Source: a virus
Virus record (IMG/VR): IMGVR_UViG_3300045988_150894
Coordinates: 1-50,407 of that record
Length of the DNA: 50,407 nucleotides
Reading direction: 5' to 3' (one strand)
Shown here: one piece after another, positions 8,334-17,680 of the stretch
Position numbering within the stretch: the stretch's first letter is position 1
Layout: the number at the start of each line of letters is the position of its first letter
Program-made: the position numbers and the translations under genes
The notes under the pieces: generated by a model
The model's input: the letters and a program-made list of their open reading frames with translations, nothing else
The model's database searches: none
Told to the model about the DNA's origin: nothing

Positions 8334-9281
8334 ATGTTAACAATTGAGATGCTACGACAAAATTCAGCTTTAACTGGTCTTTCAGATGCCCAGCTGACTG
8401 CCATTGCTGAAATGTCGAAAAATGACGAAAATACTGTAATTAGCACTAAGATTGGTACTTTACATGGGCAATATGATACTGATATTCTTGGAATTACCGG
8501 TATCAAGAAAAAAGACGGTGAAAAGAGCTATGACTACGCAAAGCGTGTGCTCGGTGAATATAAGACAAAAGCTGAGTCTGTTAAAACAGTTCAAGCTGAG
8601 CTTGATGCTGCTAAGGCACAGGTTACAGAGCTTCAGTCTAAGCTTGAAAAAGGAGCTGGAGATGAAACTTTGCGTCAGCAGTTGAAAGATGCTAAGGCGC
8701 AAGTTGCTCAACTTCAAACTCAGCTCCAGACAAAAGAAACAGAGTTCAACTCTAAGAAAACAGAGTTTGAAACTACTCTTAAGAATACGCACGTAGATTA
8801 TGCTTTCCAAGCTGCTACTGCTGGTCTTAAGTTTAAGTCAGGTATTACTGAGCCTATTCAGAAGACACTGCTTAATGCAGCTAAAGCTGAGGTATTGGTC
8901 AAGGGTACTCCGGACTTTATCGAAGATGGTCAAGGCGGTAAAAAGCTTGTTATCCGTGGAGTTGATGGTAACATTCTTAACAATCCTAAGAATAACCTCA
9001 ATCCGTATACAATGCAAGAGCTTGTTATGGAAACTTCTTTGAAAGATGTTATCGAAACAGGCCGTCAGCAACAAGGCGGAGGAACAGGAGGCTTTGGGTC
9101 TGGTTCAGATGGAACAGGTGGAACACTTGACTTGTCAGGCATTAAGAGCCAAGTTGAAGCTGATAAAGCTATTGAGGCTCATTTGCTCGCAAACGGTTTA
9201 ACGCGTGACTCACAGGAGTTTGCTGACCAGTCTTTGCAACTGAGAACTGAAAATAACGTGGCAAGTTTGCCTATTAAATAA
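8334..9281 (+). CDS. Head scaffolding protein (putative)
   Basis: It sits immediately upstream of the capsid gene. It has long Q/E/K/A-rich coiled-coil-like segments ('AELDAAKAQVTELQSKLEK', 'LKDAKAQVAQLQTQLQTKE') and a Gly-rich tract. Confidence 0.55.
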   Translation: MLTIEMLRQNSALTGLSDAQLTAIAEMSKNDENTVISTKIGTLHGQYDTDILGITGIKKKDGEKSYDYAKRVLGEYKTKAESVKTVQAELDAAKAQVTELQSKLEKGAGDETLRQQLKDAKAQVAQLQTQLQTKETEFNSKKTEFETTLKNTHVDYAFQAATAGLKFKSGITEPIQKTLLNAAKAEVLVKGTPDFIEDGQGGKKLVIRGVDGNILNNPKNNLNPYTMQELVMETSLKDVIETGRQQQGGGTGGFGSGSDGTGGTLDLSGIKSQVEADKAIEAHLLANGLTRDSQEFADQSLQLRTENNVASLPIK

Positions 9282-9377
9282 ACGGCACATCCTAAAGAAG
9301 AGAACAAAAACGCTATGAGGCGTAAAAGGGTAATGCACCATAGTAGCGTAAGTATTAACAATTAAAAAGTTAAATTT

Positions 9378-10493
9378 ATGAGTTTAGTTTTAACACGTAT
9401 CCAGAACATTCGTGCGAACTCTAACATGGATAAGTTTGAGTATCGCCCCAGTAGATACGGTGCGCTGAATGCTTTTATGGTGCAGTCCGAAGACCCTACT
9501 GGAATTCTTACTGAGGAGTTAAAGCAAAAAGCTAGAACTTCTATTGGTAGCACTTTAGAAACTCCCGTGATTGACTACGATGCTGATATTACTATCGGCA
9601 GTACGCGTACTGTAACTATCGATGATAGTGAAAATACATCTAAGATGGTACAGATTACGTTTACAACGTATTCTTGGGGCTTCACAATTGCTCCGGCTAT
9701 GTACATGAACAACGAAATCGGTATTCAGAAGGACTTTGAAACCAAGTTCATGAAGTATCTGTATGCATTTGCAAAGAAGCTTGATGAAGCTGCACTTGCT
9801 CAACTTGCTGCTAGCAAAACTCAGATTTTGAAGAATAAGTTGCTTTATGACTTTTCTTCTAATGCTATTAACGCAAAGTGGGCTGAGCGTGAAAACGTAT
9901 TTGGCGACCTCGAGGTCATGATGGGGGCAAATGATTTTTATGGCCAGTTACATATCGTAGGTGACCCTGGAGTTGAATCTATCATGCGTAAACTGCAGCA
10001 GCATGGTCTCTACAATGATGTAAACAAGCAGAATGAGTTCGGCACAAAGATTGTACACTTGACAAATAACATCGCGGCTGCCGATGGTAAATATGCTCAG
10101 GGTTATGCAGTGAATGCCGGTTCACTTGGTTTGTTAACTCGTTTCGAGCGCGACTGCTTGCTCGGTACTGTATCTGGTGATGGCCATGAGTGGGGTATTG
10201 CAACTCTGCCTTTGCTTAACATGCCTGTTGGTACATACTTCTACGACTCTGTAGGTGACTACAATACTATTGCAGGAACTGCTACTACAGATATGACCCG
10301 CACTCGCAAAGAGCACTATGGCTTTGCTGTAGATGTAGCATTCCTTGCCGCTTATAACAGTTCTCCTTCTACATTGCCTAGTCCTATCTTGGCATTCAAC
10401 GTTTCTAGCGAAAATGCTGTTTATGCTAAGCCTGTAGTTGTTATGAACACGGAAGACAATCCGGTTAATACCAAGGCGGCCGCTGGTGTATAA
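9378..10493 (+). CDS. Major capsid protein (putative)
   Basis: 371 aa, downstream of the scaffold-like gene. GC and codon usage are enriched. A strong terminator follows. Confidence 0.65.
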   Translation: MSLVLTRIQNIRANSNMDKFEYRPSRYGALNAFMVQSEDPTGILTEELKQKARTSIGSTLETPVIDYDADITIGSTRTVTIDDSENTSKMVQITFTTYSWGFTIAPAMYMNNEIGIQKDFETKFMKYLYAFAKKLDEAALAQLAASKTQILKNKLLYDFSSNAINAKWAERENVFGDLEVMMGANDFYGQLHIVGDPGVESIMRKLQQHGLYNDVNKQNEFGTKIVHLTNNIAAADGKYAQGYAVNAGSLGLLTRFERDCLLGTVSGDGHEWGIATLPLLNMPVGTYFYDSVGDYNTIAGTATTDMTRTRKEHYGFAVDVAFLAAYNSSPSTLPSPILAFNVSSENAVYAKPVVVMNTEDNPVNTKAAAGV

Positions 10494-10530
10494 TACTTAA
10501 TAGCAAATCTTTGAGTTGTTATTAGCTTTG

Positions 10531-10578
10531 GCAGGAGGCGCTGAGGTAAATTACTTCAGTGACCTCCTGTTTTTTTTC
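10531..10578 (+). terminator. Rho-independent terminator after the capsid gene
   Basis: An approximately 16-bp stem (caggagg..ctgaggt / acttcag..cctcctg, with one bulge) is followed by T8 at 10570-10577. Confidence 0.8.
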
Positions 10579-10595
10579 AATAAATAATAGAAACT

Positions 10596-11936
10596 ATGGT
10601 TAGAGCTCTAGATATACAAGAAAAGCTGCTTCATCTAATAGGATGGGAGCAAAATTATGACACATCAGACTTAAAAATATCTGATGCTTTAACTGTGAGC
10701 GAAAGTGGCTTATACTTTCAGCAAATTCATCCGTTGCTGACACTGCAGAATATGTCTTGTATCGCTCCAGATTTTAAGAACATGGCCTTTGAGGAGTATA
10801 ATGCAGAAAAGTCATATTCTAAAGGCAATATCATAAAGTATGGAAGTCTTTTATATAAGGCTTTACAGAATTCAACTGGAAAACAGCCTGATATTGAGTC
10901 TGAGTATTGGGTTGAAACCAATCCATTTTCTGAATGGCTTGAAAGCAAAACTAAGGCTAGCATTCAGAAAGCTATTGCTAGATATTGCAATGAAAAAATT
11001 GCGCAAGGTACATATAAGACTTTGTGCGAAAACAGAACTTTATTCGACGGTACTGGTCGTTTAGTAGATATTGTAAAAAACAAGAAAAATCTGGTTGGCT
11101 TTGAGATTGTACCTGTAAGAGCAAAAGGCGTAACTACGAAAATCAATAAAATAGGTTTACAATTTACAGAGCCTGGCGAATATACTTTGTATCTTATGCA
11201 TTCTAGTATGGATGCACCTGTTAAGATAATACAGCTTAATAAGATACGTAAAAATAGCATAGAATGGTTTTCACTTAACGATGTGTACTTGCCTTATCAA
11301 AGTGAAGACAATGATGCTGGCGGTAGCTGGTATTTGTGCTATTTTCAATCTGAACTTCCAGAAGGCAGTCAAGCTATAAGAAAAGACAAAGATTGGTCTA
11401 AAGAGCCTTGTGGCTCATGTTCGCGTAAAGAATTATTGGCTTGGATAGCCTGGTCTAAATATATAGAAGTACACCCGTTTTTTGTTAATGAGGAATTGGT
11501 TGAGGCTGTTAATTTCAACGATGATTTCAATGAAGACTTTGAAAAACAGCCTATACATCTGTGGGATGTTGAAAACAATCAATATACTTATGATAACAAC
11601 TATGGCTTAAATCTTGAAATAACAATAAGCTGCGATATTACAGACTTCATAATTGAGCAGCGAATGCTGTTTCAGGATATTATAGCAAAGCAAGTAGCAG
11701 TAGATATGCTTCGTGAATTTGCCTATAATGCTAATGTTCGTACAAATAGGCATTCAATAAATGCTTCTAGGCTTGATATTCTATATGAGGTCGATGGTGA
11801 CTCTTCATCTATGAAAAAATCAGGCCTTAGTTATCAACTCGATATGGCATTTAAGGCAATTAAGCTTAGTACTGAAGGAATAGACAGAGTTTGTCTTCCT
11901 TGTAAAAACAATGGTATAAAATATAGAACTGTATAG
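10596..11936 (+). CDS. Hypothetical virion protein
   Basis: 446-aa ORF in the structural block. No motif was recognised. Confidence 0.7.
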   Translation: MVRALDIQEKLLHLIGWEQNYDTSDLKISDALTVSESGLYFQQIHPLLTLQNMSCIAPDFKNMAFEEYNAEKSYSKGNIIKYGSLLYKALQNSTGKQPDIESEYWVETNPFSEWLESKTKASIQKAIARYCNEKIAQGTYKTLCENRTLFDGTGRLVDIVKNKKNLVGFEIVPVRAKGVTTKINKIGLQFTEPGEYTLYLMHSSMDAPVKIIQLNKIRKNSIEWFSLNDVYLPYQSEDNDAGGSWYLCYFQSELPEGSQAIRKDKDWSKEPCGSCSRKELLAWIAWSKYIEVHPFFVNEELVEAVNFNDDFNEDFEKQPIHLWDVENNQYTYDNNYGLNLEITISCDITDFIIEQRMLFQDIIAKQVAVDMLREFAYNANVRTNRHSINASRLDILYEVDGDSSSMKKSGLSYQLDMAFKAIKLSTEGIDRVCLPCKNNGIKYRTV

Positions 11937-11937
11937 T

Positions 11938-12405
11938 ATGGCTGTAAAAAGATATAATGCAACACTTCGCAATCTTGAATATCGCTTGAGAGCATTCAAA
12001 GATAGCTTGCCTATGCTATTGGAAGATATTGTCCGTGATAAAGAGGATGTGATAGTATCTGCAATAGCAGATAACCAGTTGTATCGTAGAGGTATCAATG
12101 GCCGAGGCGAAAAGATTATGGATTACATGCCTTATGCACCTAAAACTATACAAAATAAAAAGAGGAAAGGACAACCGACAACTCGAGTTACCTTACGAGA
12201 TACTGGAGCTTTTCATGAGTCAATGTACGTAGTATTTGACTCAGAAGGATTTTATATAACAGCAAGTGATGAAAAAACTCAAGACCTCGTTGAAAAATAT
12301 GGTGAAGAGATATTCAGGTTGACAGATAAAAACTTTACAAGAATAATCCGCTCCCATATAAGAAAAGAGCTTGTTAAACGGTTAAAAAGAGCTATAAGAC
12401 AATGA
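11938..12405 (+). CDS. Putative head-tail joining or neck protein
   Basis: 155 aa. Its position after the capsid gene and 'TRVTLRDTGAFHESM' are reminiscent of HK97 gp10 / virion-morphogenesis type proteins. This is weak recollection. Confidence 0.4.
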   Translation: MAVKRYNATLRNLEYRLRAFKDSLPMLLEDIVRDKEDVIVSAIADNQLYRRGINGRGEKIMDYMPYAPKTIQNKKRKGQPTTRVTLRDTGAFHESMYVVFDSEGFYITASDEKTQDLVEKYGEEIFRLTDKNFTRIIRSHIRKELVKRLKRAIRQ

Positions 12406-13037
12406 AAGAAAGTTCTGTACAAATAAGATATAAGGATAATCCTGTGTTACTTGATAAGATATTGCAGGATATGCAAAAATCGCTTATGGAAAAGCTTAAG
12501 TGGCTTAATTATGCATTTGGAAGAGCTTACAAGCTTGTAGAACATAGACCTGATGGCAATAAATTCATATATCCAGCATCATACAGCGGTAATGGAGAAT
12601 ATGTGTCCCTTTTGCCTAATGATAACTTTGGTAACTTTTCGTGGTTTGATATATATGACCCACAGAAGATTACTCAAGTAGTACAATCTTTGCCCCAATA
12701 TACTTTCAGCGGAGCTATTATATTTTGGTATGACTTAAGTAGTATCTACGATGATGAAACTGTGCTTCATACTGAAGAAATTAAAGATGAAATAATACGA
12801 GTACTAACAACACCTGGTATTATTACAACTACAGGCAAGCTTGTTATCAATGATATATATGAGCGCTTTGAAAACATATACAAAGGATATTCTATAGAAA
12901 AAATATATAACAACTATACTTACAAAGGGGAAGGCATACAAGATATTGATAAACAATTCTTTATGTACCCTTATGCAGGAATTAGAATTGAGTTCACTTT
13001 AACAACTAGAGAATTATGTCAACGGTATATTTTATAA
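12402..13037 (+). CDS. Hypothetical virion protein (candidate tail or neck component)
   Basis: 211-aa ORF with an ATGA overlap with the upstream gene. Confidence 0.65.
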   Translation: MKESSVQIRYKDNPVLLDKILQDMQKSLMEKLKWLNYAFGRAYKLVEHRPDGNKFIYPASYSGNGEYVSLLPNDNFGNFSWFDIYDPQKITQVVQSLPQYTFSGAIIFWYDLSSIYDDETVLHTEEIKDEIIRVLTTPGIITTTGKLVINDIYERFENIYKGYSIEKIYNNYTYKGEGIQDIDKQFFMYPYAGIRIEFTLTTRELCQRYIL

Positions 13038-13288
13038 CATTGCTTTCGGCTTTAATATATATAGCCTTAGCAGCAGCATTTGTTATATTGCTGATTGGAA
13101 AATTAGGTATAAGAGACAATATAATTGCCAAAGCACCTAAGCTAATTTCTCAGTTATTCGATTGTGATTTTTGCTTAAGTTTTTGGACGTCGCTCATTCT
13201 TGCTGTCATTCTCGCTATTTTCTTTAGAGAAATGAATATCTTATTAATTCCAATAATATCAACCCCTATAACGCGAATTTTGATATGA
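13016..13288 (+). CDS. Small integral membrane protein (about 3 TM segments), 'CDFCLSFW' motif
   Basis: Hydrophobic segments are 'FITLLSALIYIALAAAFVILLIG', 'LSFWTSLILAVILAIFF' and 'ILLIPIIS'. The CxxCxSxW motif is reminiscent of DUF1360-type membrane proteins (recollection). Confidence 0.55.
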   Translation: MSTVYFITLLSALIYIALAAAFVILLIGKLGIRDNIIAKAPKLISQLFDCDFCLSFWTSLILAVILAIFFREMNILLIPIISTPITRILI

Positions 13289-14058
13289 AAAGCCTACTTA
13301 TAAATAAGAAAATTGTACGGGCTTATGATAGCATAGATGAAATGCCAATCGTAAATTTTCAAAAGTACAATAAATATCTGCTTATTGACTCAGGCATTGG
13401 GTCAGACGCAGATGATATTGATGCTCATATAGTAAAGATAGCAAAATTTATGAAAGCTGGCAATAACAAAAAAGCTTTACAGGAATTGCAAAACATGAGG
13501 CAAAATATGTATATGGTGAATAGCGAAATTTCACCTAAATATCTAGCATTTGTGGCTCTTATACATGATATTGATGGCAAAGAAGTAACTGACTTGTCAG
13601 ACGATAATCTAAAGGCATTGCTTAAAGAAATAAAAACAGTTAAGCATTCTACTATAATAGATTTTTTAGTCTGGCTTAAAAAAAAAGTAACTTTCGAGCT
13701 AGAAACATACTTTCCAGGTGATTTTGTAAATCCTAAGGAAAAAGAGGCATACGATAAGCTGAAAAATAGAACACTTCTTGTATTGGATTCTATTATCAAT
13801 GATAACGATAACACTGAGCAAATAGAGCTAATAGATATGATGATGGTAAACATGCACACACCAAAAGTATTTATAGGAAGTGACTCTGTTGAAGTTAAGT
13901 ATGATAAGCAATTTGAAAGTACTTGTTTGCTTATAGCTCAAAAGACAAGTATGGATGCAAGAAAAATGACTGTACTTCAGTTTTATAACGCCGTGGATAA
14001 TATTAAGCAGCAAGCTGAGGCAGAGTCAAAAAGTTTGAAAAAGCATAAAAAGAGATAA
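13285..14058 (+). CDS. Hypothetical protein; candidate tail assembly chaperone by position
   Basis: 257-aa ORF directly upstream of the tape measure gene. No frameshift partner ORF was seen. Confidence 0.45.
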   Translation: MKSLLINKKIVRAYDSIDEMPIVNFQKYNKYLLIDSGIGSDADDIDAHIVKIAKFMKAGNNKKALQELQNMRQNMYMVNSEISPKYLAFVALIHDIDGKEVTDLSDDNLKALLKEIKTVKHSTIIDFLVWLKKKVTFELETYFPGDFVNPKEKEAYDKLKNRTLLVLDSIINDNDNTEQIELIDMMMVNMHTPKVFIGSDSVEVKYDKQFESTCLLIAQKTSMDARKMTVLQFYNAVDNIKQQAEAESKSLKKHKKR

Positions 14059-14061
14059 ATT

Positions 14062-17000
14062 ATGGCTGAAGACGATAAAGTAAAATATAGCGACATAATC
14101 CAGCCGGATGACTCGATTGAGAAGCTTGTCAAGCAATTAGGTGAGCTTAATCAGTCATACGAAACTATGGTAAACGCTATTAGAGCAGGCGCAGATAAAG
14201 TTGTGCATGCTCTAAAAACAGCTAGTGGAGCTACTAATGAAGGACGCAAAAGTATTGATGAAGCTACTGCTTCTACATCACGACTTGAGCGAGCACAAAA
14301 AGAGCTCAAAATGGCTATGTCAGATACTGGCAAACAGATAGCATGGCTTAAGGCTCAAACAGTAGACCAGAATAAAGCTACAGTAGAACAGCAGCGTTAT
14401 CTTCAGCAAGCTTTATCATCGTACGACAGATTAAAATCTGATTTGAAGCAAACTGTGTCTTTGTATAAGTCTCTTACTGAAGCAGAAAGAGAAGATAGTG
14501 CTATGGGCCAGCAGTTATTACAAGATATACTTAATCTTAAAAATCAGATTAAGGCTCTTGATGACCAAATGAAGCCACATATTCAAACATTAACTGAGGT
14601 ACAAAAAGCAGAGCAAAAATTAGCCTATTTACAGTCAGAAGAAGGTCAAAAGTTACTTGATTTGAAAGCTAAAATCGCAGAAGTAACTGCAGCTAGAAGA
14701 GGCCATAAAGCAACGTTAGGCCCATTACAGCAAGCTCAGCAAAAATTAGCTTATGCTCAATCATCAGAAAATGAGCAACTTAAGCTGTACACAACTCAAA
14801 TAAGAGAAGCTAACCAAATAGCTCAGCTTAATGCCCAGATAGCTAATTCTGCAGAAGGCTCTTATAATAGATTATCTGCTCAATACGCTTTGAATAAGAT
14901 AAAGCTTAATCAAATGTCTCAAACTGAGCGTGAAGCTGCTGACAGTGGTAAAAAGCTTGAAGCAGAGACTGCTGCTATATACCAGCAAATGATTAAACTG
15001 CAAGAGGCAACCGGCAATTATAGATTGTCTGTGGGCCATTACCAAAGAACTTGGGATGGCTTAGGAATATCTGTATCACAAGTTGTTCGAGAACTTCCTG
15101 CTGCAGCTGTTTCTCTCAATACATTCTTCTTAGGTATTTCTAACAATATACCTATGCTGATTGACGAGATAAATAAATTACGTGAGCAGAATAAAGCATT
15201 ACAAGCAGAAGGTAAGGAGACAGTATCTGTAACCAAATCTATTGTTAAAGCGTTGTTCAGCTGGAACACTGTCATAGTAGTTCTTCTTACAGTTTTATCT
15301 GCATTTGGAAAAGAGATATTTACTTGGATAAATAATGTATTGAGTGGAAGAACAGCTGTTTTATCACTATCAGAAGCTCTTGAGAATGTAAATGCTGAGC
15401 TTTCTAAGAATTCAGCTAGCTATGGCGATAGCATGGTTAAGTTTAGAAAACTCGCAGATGAATGGAAGAGGCTAGGAGATAATGTAAAAGAACAGCAGCA
15501 ATGGCTTAAAGATTCAGAAGCTACATTTAGAGCATTAGATATAAGCATTTCTAATGTGAATGAAGCAGAAAGCCTATTTGTAGATAATTCTGAGCTATTT
15601 ATAACGGCCCTTAAGCTTAGAGCTAAAGCTCAAGCAGCTTTAACATTAGCATCAGCTCAGTATAATAAGTTACTTGAAATAGAAAATAAGCAAGAGGTAG
15701 AAAGGGCCAAAGCAAGAAATAAAGATTATACCTGGTGGGATAATACTATAAATTATTTTAAGGCTTTAGGCCGCAAATTTGGCAAAGACTCTGACTTATC
15801 ATTATCTACGCTTTTAGCTACACAAGGACAAGCTAATATAGCCTCTTTACAAGAAGATGCCAGTGAAGTTGAAGAAATTATAGACAGATATTTTGAGATA
15901 TTTGCTAACTATACAGACCAAGAAAAAGAATTATTAGACGAGTTAGGAGTTAGCGAATATCATAAACAATCTAGACAAAGAGGTAGACAGCCGAAAGATG
16001 CAACTGATTCTATAAATAGAGCTAATCTAACAGCTAATAAGAAATATCAAGAAAGCTTAACACAACTAGAAAAAGAAGAGCTTGCTAAACGACGTAAAGC
16101 CGCTTTTGAAAAATATAATTCTGAAACAGCTGCTTTACTTGAAACTTATAGAAAGCAAGAAGAAATTCTTAAAAATGAAGGAAATAGGTATGAAGAGCTA
16201 TCAGAAGAAGAAAAAGCAATTATAAAAAATACTCAGAAAAACATACTTGCAACCGTAGAGAATTATCAGTTAAGGCTTTCACAAGAACTAGAAGATATAG
16301 AGCGAGACAGGCAGATAAATGAACTACGTATTCTTGAAGAGACTATACAACTTCGGCTTGACGCTGTTAAAAAAGGCTCTGAAGAAGAATTGCAATTACG
16401 GTTAGCTTCTATTCAAGCTCAGCGGCAAATAGCTTTATTAGAGAATGCTAAAAAACCTGCTAGCCAACAAGTTTCCCCTGAATTGATTAAAGCTGGATAT
16501 TCTAAGCAAACTATTACTGCAGAAACAGAATATAGTTTTACAGGCTTTGAACAGCAGCAGGCACTCGATGAGGCTGTGTTTAATGAGGTTAAGCGCAGTG
16601 AAACTGAAATGACAAGATTTAAGCTACAACAAGAAAAAGCTAGATGGCAAGAACAAATCAAATTAGCAGAAGCGGGTGCTTTAGATTGGAGCCAAGCTCA
16701 AATAAAGGCAGCTAAATCTACAGTAAAAGGGATAGATAGAGAACTTTCTGAACTTGATGACTTTGTTGCTAACATTGGTAAAAAAGGGTTAGGCGGTACT
16801 CTACTTGAAAAGCTTGGTTTTGATGATGACCAGATTGATGCTCTCAGTGACGCAGTAAACATTGTTATTGAGCAACTTCAATCCATAATGGATGCTGAAG
16901 TTGAATTAGCTAAACAAGCTGTAGAAGCTGCTGAAGAGCGAGTAGAAGCTGCTCAGAAAGCTTATGATGCTGAGGTTGAAGCTCGTAATAATGGATACGC

Positions 17001-17679
17001 TAATAACGTAGCAACTGCTAAAAAAGAACTTGAACAAGAAAAGAAAAGAGAGCAGGAAAAGCAAAAAATGTTAGCCGCAGCTCAAAAGCGCCAAGAGGCT
17101 CTTAATACTGTGACCCAAGCTTCATCACTTGTTACAGCATCTGCTAACTTATGGAGCTCATTCTCCTCAATTCCTATTGTTGGTCCAGCTCTCGCATTGG
17201 CGGCCATTGCCACAATGTGGACATCGTTTGCTGTAGCTAAAGTCAAAGCAAAACAAGTAACTGCAAGCCAATCAGAAGAATATGGCGAAGGTGGTCTTGA
17301 GTTCTTGGAAGGAGGCTCACATGCGTCAGGCAATGATATTGACTTGGGCACAGAAAATAAAAAGAAACGCCGTATGAGAGCAGAAGGTGGTGAGGCATTG
17401 GCAATTATTAATAAAAAGCGAACAAGGAAATATAAAAAGATACTTCCAGATGTCGTTGATAGCCTCAACAGAGGAACATTCGAAGATAAGTATTTGAATG
17501 CTTTTGCTAATTCTGAGGGATTGAGCATTTCTCTTAATTCTAGTAATGGTGTGGACCTCTCTAAAATAGAGGACGATGTGCGAAACATTAGAAAACAGAA
17601 TGAAGTCAAGTATTACACGATGCCTGATGGAACTGTGATTATGCAACGTAAAAATGTTAAACGGATAATAAAGAACTAG
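14062..17679 (+). CDS. Tail tape measure protein
   Basis: 1205 aa. It is largely coiled-coil (Q/E/K/A/L-rich) with hydrophobic segments 'WNTVIVVLLTVLSAFG' and 'IPIVGPALALAAIATMWTSFAV'. Size and position are typical. Confidence 0.85.
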   Translation: MAEDDKVKYSDIIQPDDSIEKLVKQLGELNQSYETMVNAIRAGADKVVHALKTASGATNEGRKSIDEATASTSRLERAQKELKMAMSDTGKQIAWLKAQTVDQNKATVEQQRYLQQALSSYDRLKSDLKQTVSLYKSLTEAEREDSAMGQQLLQDILNLKNQIKALDDQMKPHIQTLTEVQKAEQKLAYLQSEEGQKLLDLKAKIAEVTAARRGHKATLGPLQQAQQKLAYAQSSENEQLKLYTTQIREANQIAQLNAQIANSAEGSYNRLSAQYALNKIKLNQMSQTEREAADSGKKLEAETAAIYQQMIKLQEATGNYRLSVGHYQRTWDGLGISVSQVVRELPAAAVSLNTFFLGISNNIPMLIDEINKLREQNKALQAEGKETVSVTKSIVKALFSWNTVIVVLLTVLSAFGKEIFTWINNVLSGRTAVLSLSEALENVNAELSKNSASYGDSMVKFRKLADEWKRLGDNVKEQQQWLKDSEATFRALDISISNVNEAESLFVDNSELFITALKLRAKAQAALTLASAQYNKLLEIENKQEVERAKARNKDYTWWDNTINYFKALGRKFGKDSDLSLSTLLATQGQANIASLQEDASEVEEIIDRYFEIFANYTDQEKELLDELGVSEYHKQSRQRGRQPKDATDSINRANLTANKKYQESLTQLEKEELAKRRKAAFEKYNSETAALLETYRKQEEILKNEGNRYEELSEEEKAIIKNTQKNILATVENYQLRLSQELEDIERDRQINELRILEETIQLRLDAVKKGSEEELQLRLASIQAQRQIALLENAKKPASQQVSPELIKAGYSKQTITAETEYSFTGFEQQQALDEAVFNEVKRSETEMTRFKLQQEKARWQEQIKLAEAGALDWSQAQIKAAKSTVKGIDRELSELDDFVANIGKKGLGGTLLEKLGFDDDQIDALSDAVNIVIEQLQSIMDAEVELAKQAVEAAEERVEAAQKAYDAEVEARNNGYANNVATAKKELEQEKKREQEKQKMLAAAQKRQEALNTVTQASSLVTASANLWSSFSSIPIVGPALALAAIATMWTSFAVAKVKAKQVTASQSEEYGEGGLEFLEGGSHASGNDIDLGTENKKKRRMRAEGGEALAIINKKRTRKYKKILPDVVDSLNRGTFEDKYLNAFANSEGLSISLNSSNGVDLSKIEDDVRNIRKQNEVKYYTMPDGTVIMQRKNVKRIIKN

Positions 17680-17680
17680 T

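Noticed and set aside
13678-13686. A9 run inside the gene upstream of the tape measure, considered as a programmed frameshift site for a G/GT-type chaperone pair
   Set aside because: No alternative-frame ORF extends downstream of the run towards the tape measure gene, so a frameshift product is not supported.
13425-17646. Antisense ORFs inside long sense genes: 13425..13859, 14151..14333, 15039..15275, 16419..16661, 17082..17609 and 17326..17646, all on the minus strand
   Set aside because: Each is fully embedded opposite a much longer plus-strand ORF with coherent protein features (chaperone-position gene, tape measure). Their translations are low-complexity Ser/Leu/Phe-rich mirror images of the coiled-coil codons.
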